A stretch of DNA of 49,491 nucleotides, counting the filler, from Streblomastix strix (Eukaryota), in assembly GCA_008636045.1 (NCBI GenBank). It is 3 parts of 3 records of this genome, joined end to end, with 100 filler letters (N's around TTAATTAATTAA, not from the genome) between each part and the next. Parts side by side here need not be neighbours in the genome. Positions count along the whole stretch, not along the records: positions 1 to 16,439 come from SNRW01000814.1; positions 16,540 to 32,969 come from SNRW01000815.1; 1 more part is not named here. One strand, 5' to 3'. Under the pieces are notes generated by a model, which had not been told where the DNA came from, searched no databases, and saw only the letters and a list, made by a program, of their open reading frames with translations. Within the stretch, counting starts at the first letter, position 1. Each line of letters opens with the position of its first letter. Below are positions 13,006 to 24,931 of the stretch, piece after piece. A program made the position numbers and the translations under genes.

Positions 13006-13433
13006 TAAACAACCCAGCCATCAATAAAGGCTCCACTCTTTATTGGAATACGATCAACCCTTAAAATGGGTCTGATCAAACAAACTGTTATGTATAACAA
13101 TTACAGTGTAGCGGTGATATGCGAACTTGTTTCTATATTTTAATATTAGAAACTTCCACAGCATTCAACGCTCTTCGGAGTCTCTGTTATCAACACTTTC
13201 GGATGTAGATGATGAAATTTCCTAGAAGGTTGCCAGCTCGTCTGCAGCATTAGTGCACTGAGACTGGTCCTTAGGCTATTGGAGACAGTAAATAAAGATA
13301 AAAAGGTAAGTAAAATAAATATAAACAGAGTGGAGTCCTTTATTGACGGCTGGGTTGTTTACAAACCCAACCATTCTTCTGGGTTTTGTACCACCCAGGC
13401 TGTCATATACGGCCTCCACTCTTTATTGGAATA
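13006..13433. repeat. DIRS 3' terminal repeat structure (ITR/ICR-like)
   Basis: 13006-13039 is inverted at 13327-13361 (one mismatch, one indel). CTCCACTCTTTATTGGAATA occurs at 13031-13050 and again at 13414-13433. Confidence 0.8.
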
Positions 13434-13717
13434 ATATGTCATATAAAGATATTTATTATACATTTATTGTAAATAAACTATCTATGTATTATATTCTTAT
13501 TATTAGATTATAAATTTAATATAATATATTGATATTAATTATGTTATTATAATATAGGCTTAAATGCCCTTCGGAAAATGCCGAGACATATTAATTATAG
13601 GCTTACTCACCCTTCAGATAATGCTGAGACATTTCATATATAGTAAAGAGCCAATATTAGAGTGCAGGAAGTCTATCCTTTATCGAGGTATAGTGGTTTC
13701 CGAACGCAACTCCAACA

Positions 13718-14750
13718 TCAACACCTTACAAACATACATTGCATATAAAATATAGAAGCAGACTTCTTTATATTTATTAGTAAAGATCCTAAATCCCTTT
13801 GTATTGGTCTGTAATAAAAGGCATACACAACATTAGATGTTAGAATATGTAGGGAGAATGCGTTAACTACCATAATCGAAGCTCCAGATGTTCGTAGCTT
13901 TGTCATCGACGCATGTCGAATTGATGGTCCATTATAAGGCTATTATATATCAACATTTCTTAGAAGTGATGTGAAACTTTGGCTGCAATATGTTGATGAG
14001 ACAGGTTTTGATTTATTAAAGTTCTAGAAGACAGAATCTCCAACTTGTTAAACTGATCTTCTCATATCAATTTATTTCTTTAATGTATTAACAGGACACA
14101 GTTTTGTATTAGTCTTGTTCAATTTTATTTATTCATTTCTTATTCTGTTGCCCTTCTTGATCTATGTATTAATGATTATGCATTTGTCTTGCTCTTAATT
14201 TATGTCAGAAAGTTGCATCCGAGAAAGTTCAGTCATTCTTGTAGCAGAGAAAATGACTAGAAGAGACATTGCATGAAGTTAATCATCATAAGGTGACCTA
14301 AAATCTGTTGCTTCGATATAATTAAGTAGGTTGTCTAAGTTCCATATAACATCATATCGAGTTTTAGATTCCATATTTAAGTTTATACACCTTGTAAAAT
14401 TTCTAATTAGTACAGATTCACTAATTTTTGACATCTTGGAGAATTACGAAAGCGTTGAGCTTACATGCGTTTTCAGAGAGATTAGATTAAACTTCCTGCT
14501 TTTACCTCCTAATTCATTTATCCAAGCCATTGCATTGACTACATGAATGTCTGGTCGTTCAGCAATTAGTTATTCAGATTTAATATTTCTTAATTTAATA
14601 TATTGGCACATCAGTGTAAGTCCTTATCTTCTTTTCCTCCAGGTCTCCCAGTTTGAGTTATCAATCATTTGTTGTATTGCTTATTAATCAAGTCCAGCTA
14701 ATTACGCCAATTCTCTATATAACTATTCTCCAGTTGAATACCTGTCAGAA
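13718..14750 (-). pseudogene. DIRS tyrosine recombinase
   Basis: MSLLVIFSATRMTEL (catalytic Arg box), GPSIRHASMTKLR (HxxR-like box), NVVYAFYYRP (catalytic Tyr region). Confidence 0.8.
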
Positions 14751-14759
14751 GAAGAGCAG

Positions 14760-16439
14760 AAAAGTTTCCGGGTGGTAGTTTCAGATTTAATTTATCCAGT
14801 GATTTACCCTTTTCGAGTATCATCTCCGCTTTTCCCAGGTCGATTTTGTAAATTATCATAGGAACAAGTGCTCTAAATTTATCCAGTCTCTATTTCAGAA
14901 GAATAAATAAGGCCGTTGCTGGTTCCATCTTTAGTTTCTTGAGGACTCAAGGAATTAACTCGATTGTTGGGTGAAGTAGTAGTTACTCGTTGTTCCATAG
15001 AATGCTGAACGCACCGCGTTTTCCTTCAGCATTTCTATCCTTCAATAGCGAGCAATACCTTTGACATTATTTTGCGATTCGAGTTGCGAAGGCATCGAGT
15101 TAAGGGTAGAATTAGAGTCTTTGCATTATCTCTTAGAGAATCAGAGGATTAATTCTATAGTCTCCTCTCCAGGCCAGTCTACTCAATGCATCCGCTGAGT
15201 TATTCTGTAGACCAGGAATGTGAACAGTCACTAGACTAATCTTCAATTGATCTAGCAATTTAAATATTGCTCTAATCAGATGTATTCTATTTGAAGATAC
15301 TTTTCATTTTCGTAATGAGTACTCCACTGTTTTGTTATCTGTCTCTAATGTTGGACACTTGATCTTCTCTTGTATCAGAATTGGTGCAAATGATCGGAGG
15401 GATACCAAGACTGCAGCTGTTTCCCGTTAGTTGCTACTGCTCAAATGCCAATTATTGCTCCACTTGCCTGCATCCATCAACGTCAGATTCGGAGTCACTA
15501 AAGTTGAGCCCCATCCCGATTCTGCTGTATCTGTAGTTAGAGTTGCTGTTGATGGTTGTTCCAGTAATTTCCTTGGTCTATTCTCGCAAACAAGAATCAG
15601 CCATTAGTAGAGATTATTAAGGATCCTTCTAGTCAATTTCACTTTGCAATTCCAACCTCCCTTTCTAATTGCTTAGCATTTTAGTAGATTCACTGAGTTC
15701 AGATTTAATGAAGCATTCTGGAACTGAAACCGTAGAAAATTCAACTCGCCTATCAAACTCGCAAAATCTTTCAATTGAATAATCTGTCGACTCTTAGCAG
15801 CCTGAATCCATTTCCTTATTAGAGTTTTAGTCAACCTTCTTCTCTCTGGTGGCATCAATATCTCCATCTATGTCGAGGACTATTGCTAGCCTAGGTAATT
15901 GAATGTGGTTGATGGATGTATATTACATTTCTTAATCGAGAGCTTCCACTTAACTGTTTAAGAAAATTGATCACTTCTAAGGTAATTTTCTTCAATTCCG
16001 TTTTACTCTTGTGGATTAAGCTTATGTCGTCATAGTAATTGGACACTTTCAATGAAGTTCATCTTTTTCTGTTCGCTGATCGCAAGTTATATTTTCTTAT
16101 TGAATATGTATGGGCTATTTCGATAACCGAACGGTAGACCTCTATAAGCGAAAGTCTTCCCTATGAAGGCAAAACCGAAATATGGAAGAAGCTGATCTGA
16201 CACTCTAATATGGTGATAAGCATCTTATAGATCTAGAGTTGTGGTGAAATCTGAAGGTTCTAAAATCTACTTTATGAATTCTATTCCTTCTATTTTGAAC
16301 TTCAGCAGTGTCGTCAATTAATTGATATTTCTACAATCCAAGATCTTCCGTTGTTTTCCACCTGGTTTGGGGACCAGGAATGTTGGGTTGAAGATTCGAA
16401 TATTATCTGTTTCGATCACAATACCTGCCTAGATTTCTT
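14760..16439 (-). pseudogene. DIRS pol: reverse transcriptase, RNase H and Dam-like methyltransferase, frameshifted
   Basis: RT: FLVPKPGGKQRKILDCR, TLDLQDAYHHI, GLPFGYRNSP, NYYDDI. RNase H: TTDTAESGWG, SSNQRETAA, HIPGLQNNSADALSR. MTase: LDAFATR...RYCS...LLLHPTI. Confidence 0.88.
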
Positions 16440-16539
16440 NNNNNNNNNNNNNNNNNNNNNNNNNNNNNNNNNNNNNNNNNNNNTTAATTAATTAANNNNN
16501 NNNNNNNNNNNNNNNNNNNNNNNNNNNNNNNNNNNNNNN
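16440..16539. other. Artificial contig linker
   Basis: N44-TTAATTAATTAA-N44, exactly 100 bp and identical to 32970-33069. Confidence 0.97.
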
Positions 16540-16858
16540 AATAATAATAATAAAAAAAATAAAAAATCCCAATTTTAATCTAAAGATTTATTTATAATGA
16601 TTATCTAATTCATTTGTATTTTTAACCACTAATTTGATAAAAATAGACGCAATTTCAATAATATTTGTATATTTATGGATTTTGTTAATGGCGATGTTAT
16701 AGTTGAGTTTTTTGAATCCAAATAGTGATTTATATATAAAAATATTACCAATATTCTTTATAAAATTAGTAGTTAAAAATACAAATGAATTAGATAATCA
16801 TTATAAATAAATCTTTAGATTAAAATTGGGATTTTTTATTTTTTTTATTATTATTATT
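16540..16858. repeat. Long inverted repeat/fold-back at contig start
   Basis: Arms 16540-16635 and 16763-16858 (~96 bp, one mismatch seen) around a ~127 bp partly self-complementary spacer. Confidence 0.92.
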
Positions 16859-17200
16859 GAAATTTAAACAACAATCGAAACTAAAATCAATGAATGCGAA
16901 AGTGAATAAGTTGACAAATAAATTGAAAAGAGATCAGTTGGAAGACCAAAGAAATACTTTAATGATGATAGAAAGGAAGCTATACGTAAACAATAATTAG
17001 CATCAAAGAAAAGAGATGCATAAAAGAAAGTCTAGATTTATAGTAGAAATAACATAGTGCAAAAATAGTTAATAAAATTATTATCTGATAGTAATTTCAA
17101 ATAAGATGATATGAGTTATATATTGGAATGGTTATAAACTGATATAGAATAAAACTTCATATAGAAAAATAATCGACAAAATTTTATTTTTTATCAAATA
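16856..17200 (+). pseudogene. Small basic AT-hook-like DNA-binding protein
   Basis: IEKRSVGRPKKYFNDDRKEAIRKQQLASKKRD. No intact ATG found. Confidence 0.55.
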
Positions 17201-17401
17201 AAAAATGATGATTGAAATCATAGTTAGTATATAATTAATAATCATATCATAAGTTGAGAAAACTAATCTGTTTTTGACAGCCAGTGCGTTCGATGTAATA
17301 AACGAGTTTTTTAAAGGTGAAAAAAAAGATATTCATAAAAAAGATCACTCTTAAAATTATTTATCTATGCTTAATTGAGAATATATGTTTTTTAGCTGAA
17401 A

Positions 17402-17990
17402 ATGCCAGCAGCTTCGCTGTTATTTTTGTTCAGACAAAAAGACGTAAATTGTACCCCCAAGATCATCATAAACATCTATTCCCACAATTATAGAAGATGA
17501 TTCATTATTTGAAAAAAAGTAATAAACATCTATTGATTCTTTATAACAATCCAATAGAAAATGAAGCTCTATATTTGAAAATGAATTAACTGCTGATTTA
17601 TCAGTGTATAAATGGTTATTGGATAAAATAAGTGAATATGAAAATAATTTAAAAGAATCAGTTCACTTCATTTTATCTGAATCTTAATTCATTCGAGTAG
17701 TTATATATACATTTGATGTTAACGAATTATAGGCGTAACTAAATGAAGATATTCGTACATGCTGCACTAGATTCATGAATGATGGTACTATAACATTAAT
17801 TTAGATCTGTATTGGAAATGAAAATATTGACGCATTAGATGAAAATAAAGTTAATTTATTAAGAGATACTTATAAGTTATGTTTGTTGAAAGTCAGAAAA
17901 ATAATATCTATTTTCGACTTTAGCTAGAAATCATCAAGAGTAAAGTAAATAATGTCGTAAGGATAATTAGCAATTTCAAATAAAATTTGA
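17402..17990 (+). pseudogene. Hypothetical element protein
   Basis: ...DLSVYKWLLDKISEYENNLKESVHFILSESQFIRVV...EDIRTCCTRF..., with one in-frame TGA and a probable frameshift. Confidence 0.5.
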
Positions 17991-18116
17991 TTTGCTGTTG
18001 AGTAGTTCATTTTTGAATAAATTGCATAAAGCGAAGCACATGTTAAGTATGTTATTTAAATTCATGATGAAACATTATTTTGGAATAGTAGATTTAAAAA
18101 ATATTGGATTAGTTGA

Positions 18117-19100
18117 ATGAGTTCAAACCATTAATAACCAAATCACTATTTTACAAAATATCTGACAATCATACGACCAAGAACAGTTGGATAAAATGCT
18201 ATTATTGAAAGCTGATAAATCTGAACTAATAGATTCATATTCCAAGACAGAAGATGATGATCTGTTATTATTAAATGGTTATAAATCCGAATTAATTGAC
18301 TCATATACTAAATCCGAAGATGGTGCTCTATTATTACTGAATGCTAAAGTTGCTGATATTGTGGATAGCTATTCAAGGACTGAAGTCGATATATTACTCG
18401 ATGCCAAAGCTGAAAAAATAGATTTAAAGAATTATGTTAATTTAACTTCTACTCAAATAATATCAGGAAAAAATTAATTAATAATAATTAATGTTGCAAG
18501 AATATCAAAACAAAGTAAAAATGATGCTTCTATACTACTTGCTGGAGGCGGTGATATGTTAGTAAGTTCACTTGTAACTTAATCATAATTATAGGAAGTT
18601 AGAGATATTGCTACTTGAAAGTCAAAAACATATGTATTCTCAACATAAGAAGAGTTGAATGACTGGATAGCTATTCAGAAGAATAAAGCAAAATTAGTAA
18701 TTGGAAATAATTTATATATTATTGATAAGGAAATTACTGATTATTGGTGGGATGAAACAGACTTAAAAGTACTAGAAACAGAACTATTTGACATGAGTAA
18801 TGTTTTATCAACTCTAGGTGCCGCTATTGGAAGCGGTATTACAATAAATAATATATCAATTGATGGATATACAATAACACTGGCAAAAATTACTATATTT
18901 GCAACTATTTGAAACGATCAATCTATAATTGAAATGAAGACGTTTACAATTGCTATTATTTCTAAAAAAATTCAATTTTCTGAATATGAAAATAACTCCG
19001 TATTTCTTGCTGGTGGTGGAATTAGATCAATTACGGATATTTAAAGTGCTTCATACCCTAAATCTGAAGATGATGTTGGATTATAATTTAGTTGAATGCT
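18117..19100 (+). pseudogene. Fibre-like repeat protein
   Basis: Repeats of KADKSELIDSYSKTEDDxLLLL, then YVNLTSTQIISGK, ILLAGGG, DYWWD and VFLAGGG. These resemble trimeric tail-fibre shaft motifs. Interrupted by TGA codons. Confidence 0.55.
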
Positions 19101-19211
19101 TTGATAATAAGCTTATTCATATTACCAACTAAAGATGATTAGCTGAAAACCAGTCTGCATTGCAGGCTTTCTAAAGAAAGACAACTATGTTGTTTATTTT
19201 TAGACTATAAA

Positions 19212-20860
19212 ATGAGTAACGTATACATTGATGAAGTATTATTAGATGCCGCAGGACTATCAGAATTCCCAGAATTATACGCTTGTATCCATGAGCGTGA
19301 GCCTAAACTAATTGTTGATGAAATAACTAATCATATCATTGTAGGACCATAATATCTTCAAGATTAAGTGATAGATAATTTCGATAAATTAAGAGTTAAA
19401 CCTCCTCGTCCAGCACCAATAATGCCAGTACCTGTTGCTGCGAAGGTGATAACCGTACCATTATTTACACCCACACAACCCTTGCTTCCATATAATATCA
19501 ATGATGGAGAAACTAAATTCTACAAATTAAGAAATAAAGTAGAATATAATATTGGACAGTATCTTAGAAAGGATATGATGGGGTTTGTGTTCACTAACTT
19601 TCCCAAAGAATTTTGGCCATTTAGCAAACGTGTATTAAAGTAAGGATATGACGATATGCATAAACAAAATATAAGGGGTTATATTAGTGCAAAAGGATTT
19701 TACATAGGATCATCAATTGGAATTGTTGATTAAATCACACAAATTAAAGTAAACGGTCAAATTGAAAATTGTAGGTGTTTATTGTTCAGATTTTGAACCA
19801 CTAAAGAGATCAACTAGAGATATAAATGAACATGGAAAGATAAACATTGATGATGACTAGCATGTCAATTCTATTATTGATAGAATGAAATCAATATCAA
19901 GGTTATAAGATGTTGATTAAAAATAGACTGAATTGATTGATGATGGACTTCAACCATATGATCCAGGTTACCCTGTTTCACTATCTAATTATTTCAATAA
20001 CAAAATTAGATTAGTGAATAATAATACATTTGGTCCACTTAGAGGTATATATTTTGTTAATGAGAGGCCAATACTAACGTTTAATTTCCAAGCAGAAGTT
20101 AGTAGTTATCATGTAAATAATATATTTAAAGTATTTAAAAAATAGATTCTGATTTATAACCTTGATTAACTAAATTTTTCCCAATTATGACCTGCTATAC
20201 CTCATTCGCTGGCACAATATAGATTAATGGAAATGACTCTCCAGATGCTTTTGTGAATTAAGGATTTAGGAACTATCCTATGGTTTTGTGTGATTTTAGT
20301 GGAAGTTATTTAATTGATCCATTGCAATAAGAATCAAATTAGATTAACATAACGTCAAATGTACAACCAATTTCTCATACAGATAGTGTAATTATGTAAC
20401 ATGGCACCCTTCCTTCAGTTCCAATTCAAGCATCAGTATTTCTAAAACACACAGTATAAGATATATCAAGAAATTAATTACTTGCGTTAGCGTATACTCC
20501 ATTTGACTTAGATGCGTTTAAGATTTATAAAATTGATGATACTATTAATAAATTAGTCATTTTCAATATACTTTTGAGATAGAAAGGATTTATTTAAACT
20601 AAACAGTACGTACTTAGTATGAGTGAGTAAATTGATCCAAAAAGAACATTATTGTTTCATATTGTGATTTTTGATGATTCCAACCCTGATCCTATTTAAT
20701 ATATTATATCCGCTTATCTCATCGTTGGAGATACGGATAATCCTGCACGAAAATTTATTCACATATCATCAGTATTAAAAGCTGATAAGTTTACTAATTA
20801 TTATTAATATAAAGTGGAAGTTACTTTGTAAGAATTTAATACGAATCAGCATCGATAGAT
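19212..20860 (+). pseudogene. Large hypothetical, possibly structural, element protein
   Basis: MSNVYIDEVLLDAAGLSEFPELY... is continuous with track ORF 19368-19643 and, after a frameshift, 19933-20145. Pro-rich linker and beta-strand-like composition. Confidence 0.55.
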
Positions 20861-20879
20861 GCTTATTTTTCGTAAATTA

Positions 20880-21290
20880 AATTCCTGGAGTCTTTCGTAA
20901 AATCAAATAGATAGCGCAAAAATTTGGTGAAACAGCAAATTGGGCAAATTAACATATATATATAAATTTAACCGATTTGTTAATGCATGAGCATCACCTA
21001 TAATAAGTAAAGGCTTATAACAAGCGTCAGGTGGTTTAAATGTAATATAAGCAAATAATGCTTAAAACAGAATGATGAACTTAGCTAATTTTAGAAATGA
21101 TGTAGATGATTTCATTGATGAATCTAGAGTAAGATAGTCAAATGAAAAAATTAGGTACATAAGAGTTAATCCGAATGTCTGAAGAATTATAAAAATAGCT
21201 ATAGGAACTCATCTTACAATTCCAACTAACTAAACTGTTAACGAAACACTATATAGTATTTAACAAATTTGTGAAGAAGATTTTTGAAAA
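20880..21290 (+). pseudogene. Small protein with an N-terminal amphipathic helix
   Basis: IPGVFRKIKQIAQKFGETANWANQHIYK...ASPIISKGLQQASGGL, immediately upstream of the capsid-like gene. Confidence 0.4.
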
Positions 21291-21351
21291 TAATTCGTTT
21301 CAAAGTTTAGCTTTTTGTATATGATAAGTTTATTTTTGCTTCAAATAAAAC

Positions 21352-23063
21352 ATGAACCGCATTCTCAATAAGTTAATGCATTTACAATAACACGGAACAA
21401 TCGAAGCGTCATTGAAAATTAATTCCATTGATGCATTTAGAAATGATGGAGAATACAATTATTCAATCAAAAAAATTAAATCTGAGATTTTAATCTCTGC
21501 TCTATTTGATAAGGAAATTTTTATTAGTTTATCTGATTCAGATCACAATTTAACATAAATTTTAAATTCATTTCTTTCAATAGTACTCACAGATAATGTA
21601 CAGTTTGACAACAAATTTGAAGAATTTTAAGAATCTTATATAGATGGAACTGTATTATTCATTGGATTAAAATCAGCTAGTTAAGTTTTTGGAGAATATA
21701 CTATTTATTATAGAGGACATATTATTGATGGATCATGGTAGAATGAGTCAACTACTGAATAATTTTTCTATAAAACTATTAAGCCTAGAAATGAGAAAAA
21801 TAATTAAAAACATATTCATTCATTGAATGAAAATATACACAAATATGATACATCAGCTTGTGGTACATATGTAACAAAAAGATAGATCGAAGAAGCTATT
21901 AAAAATTAAGTTTCTATTCCATATGATATGCCAATAAGATTTTAATTATCAATTTCATTAGATGATATACTTGTATTTAGTGTATTTACTGACTATCCTA
22001 ATTCACTTTTCGGTGATCTTAAAATTTAATTTAAAATAAATCCCAACGCATTTGTTTTTGCATATATGAATCTATTTATGTGTATAGCTAAATATTGTAC
22101 CATGAAAATGACTGATCTTATGGCTAACGGACATGAAAAACTGCAGAACATTGATATACTCTTTAGAAATTAGAGTTTGTGATATCAACATGCAAAGTAA
22201 TTTACTCAAATGCGATGTGCAGCAGATTTTATTACAAAAAAAGTATAGAATAAATTACTGATAATGGATTGAAGAATTTAAAGTGTAATATTACTCCAGT
22301 GACATTATCTATAAAGAATTATATTGTGACTGAAGTGACAGCTAATATGAATGGTTACAAAGCAACAGATGAATGTTTGTACAGAGTTCATGAATTCTAT
22401 TCTAATAGGCCATTTGTTGTACATTCATAGAGAGTTGAAGTTTGATCGTATCGAACATGCTCTTCTACAACTTGAATAAGAACTTCATAAAACTTTCCAT
22501 TATCACATGTTACTGTCTTATGCTTGCTACTTCCTAAAGATGCTAGAGCAACACCTTGTTTCGAAAATCCTAGCAATCAAAATATGTAAGTTATCACTTG
22601 TAGAAGGAATTTCCCTGACATGCCAATGAACATTCTAGATTAATAATTCTTCTAAATGTAATTGAATGCAAGTAATTGGGATCTGTTATTAGAAGCAAAT
22701 GATGAATTCGAAGATGCTTTGACAATATCAAGAAACAACGCTTCAAGGAGATTGAATTCTCACATTGATCTGACTTCATTCATGATTACACTTTAATATG
22801 AAAGGAATTGCAAAGGTGCACTAACAGTTGATGGATTAGATACTCAATATTTAAATATGTCAGTAAAATTAAGAGGAGCACCTATTTACTAAGGTAATAC
22901 AGATTGTTATTATAATGTTGATTTAATGGGTACAAGACCATCTCCACCAATCTTGTATACAATACATGATACATTTTGGTCGTTTGGATCTGCTAATGTA
23001 GGCTCATATGTCAATGATGTTAATAACACATTTGATGAAGTGATAAGTTATATTGAAGGATGA
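21352..23063 (+). pseudogene. Putative major capsid protein (double jelly-roll), frameshifted
   Basis: ~560 codons. LFIGLKSASQVFGEYTIYYRG, LSISLDDILVFSVFTDYPNSLFGDLKIQFKINPNAFVF, LTVDGLDT, LRGAPIY. Size, alternating beta pattern, late GLDT motif and ATPase neighbour fit a Polinton-type MCP (recognition from memory). Confidence 0.6.
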
Positions 23064-23099
23064 AATATCAATATTAAAAATTATTTAAAACTAATCAAA

Positions 23100-23397
23100 A
23101 TGGATAAATAAACATATGAGTCACTTAAGCAGCTAGAAATATAACAACTTAAACATCATTAATTAGAGACTAAAGAAATTTAAGATTTTGATATAGAACT
23201 AAAGAAAAAATAAGCATAAAATGTATATTCAATATTAGAACATACATATAAGATGTTATTCAGTTAGTTAGGTTTTAATTTTAAAGTAAAGACAGTCATT
23301 GATGGAAATTTTATATTTTTGATTATAAATAATGATCTTATAACTTAATCGAAAAAAAATGATATTAACTTAAAATTCAACTATTCAAACAGATGAA
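23100..23397 (+). CDS. Hypothetical element protein
   Basis: MDKQTYESLKQLEIQQLK...NYSNR-TGA is open under table 6. Confidence 0.5.
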
Positions 23398-23759
23398 AGT
23401 TTTAATGAATTTCCATTACCTATGGAATTTGTCTCATCCAAAAATAATATATAGATAATATTTGTATATTGTAAAACAAATAAAACTTTAATTGGATAAG
23501 ATCTTAATTATATGCATCATTTGTTTAAAAATATTAGAAAAATGATTAGTATGTAGGTTGTTGTGATGAAAAACGTATAGATAAACATTTTCGTAAATTA
23601 AATCATGATAGAAACGTATAATTTTGGGTTTAGAATATTGATGGTGAATTAGTTGATCAAAATAATATGTCATATATATTTGTAATATATTTAGTATTTT
23701 GATTAAGCATTAAGATTTTGTTTCAAATAAATTGAGTCAAGTAATATTTGACAGCAAAT

Positions 23760-24070
23760 AGAAGGTAGTTAATAAATTGAACATTAATCTACGATAATTA
23801 AAGATATTCGAAATTTTTTACCTCAGTTAGTAACATTTGGTACATTTGATGAGTTCAAATAGTATCTTATATTGAATAAGGAATCAATGGATTAAATGAT
23901 TATATAAAAATTAAATAAAATATCTAATGTTGAAGAATATTGTACTATTTAACTCCAAGGAGTGATTTCTTTGAGAAAATGTCGTGATAAAACAATTGTA
24001 CAATTGAGAGTGATTAACTGCATAATTTAACTAGTGTATTAATTGTTAAACGAATAATATCAAATGCTGA
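23760..24070 (+). pseudogene. Small hypothetical element protein
   Basis: VTFGTFDEFKQYLILNKESMDQMIIQKLNKISNVEEYCTIQLQGVISLRKC. Ends unclear. Confidence 0.4.
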
Positions 24071-24083
24071 TTTAGATGAAGAA

Positions 24084-24869
24084 TCATGAGTATATAATCT
24101 TTATTTTTGTTCTATCATTGCTGAATTATACTATTAAGGCTTATCTCTTTGATAAATTTATATATTATTCCCATACACTCTCTTTATCAAATGTCATAGA
24201 AGATTAATAATAAAATAAGTTAAATCTCAATTTATTGATTCCGCCGAAAAATTATTTTGTATCTTTATTTCCTTTTATACAAGCTTCAAGACCAATTATA
24301 TCATATAAGCATAGAAAATAAGTGATTCTTGGCTATCTGCTCTTGAATAACTTTTTGAATAATTGTAATTACTTATTTTTGAACACAGAAAATGCATCAG
24401 TAAATAAAACAAGAGTATGAGGATATTTCATTTTAAAATTCTCTGCTCCAATAGTCGAAAGAATATTCTGGTTTGAATCTATTGTAAGTTAATTTATTAG
24501 ATATTTCTCAACAAAAGTATCATATGCAGTTTTTACCTCAATTAGATCATTAGTCACCCCATCAATCTTACCATAAGTAACAATCTTTGTAGAAATACTG
24601 ATTAATATACTCATTTTCTTATATGCTTAATAATTATTGTTATCAGTAATATATTTAAATAATATGTAATAATTCTTAATCTAATTCAATTTGATTAATT
24701 CTTTGAATTTATTCTATGACATAATACTTCCTCTCTACCCTATGAGTAAGTTAATAGAATTTTATGTAAAGTTAATTTACTTGTGAACTGTGCATTATAT
24801 CTCATGTCTAAATGTTACTTAACTCTCTAGCAATTCATTTATATATTTTGTTAATGAATGATTTGACAT
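24084..24869 (-). pseudogene. A32/FtsK-HerA-like viral packaging ATPase with degenerate Walker motifs
   Basis: 262 codons from ATG to TGA. NLLIGQRGSIMS (Walker A, GK lost), HTLVLFTDA (Walker B, DD changed to TD), LFKSRQPRITYFLCLYD (Arg finger/motif C). Confidence 0.8.
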
Positions 24870-24931
24870 TTATTTACAGTTGAAACAAATAATTGTCATG
24901 TTGCTAATGTCTAATTTTTTGCTTAAACTAA

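Larger units (their letters stand above)
13006..16439 (-). mobile_element. DIRS-type tyrosine-recombinase retrotransposon, degenerate, 5' part cut by contig end
   Basis: Minus-strand order RT, RNase H, methyltransferase-like, YR, then terminal inverted/direct repeats. Confidence 0.9.

Noticed and set aside
16484..16495. TTAATTAATTAA palindrome as a biological site
   Set aside because: Synthetic six-frame stop linker embedded in Ns.
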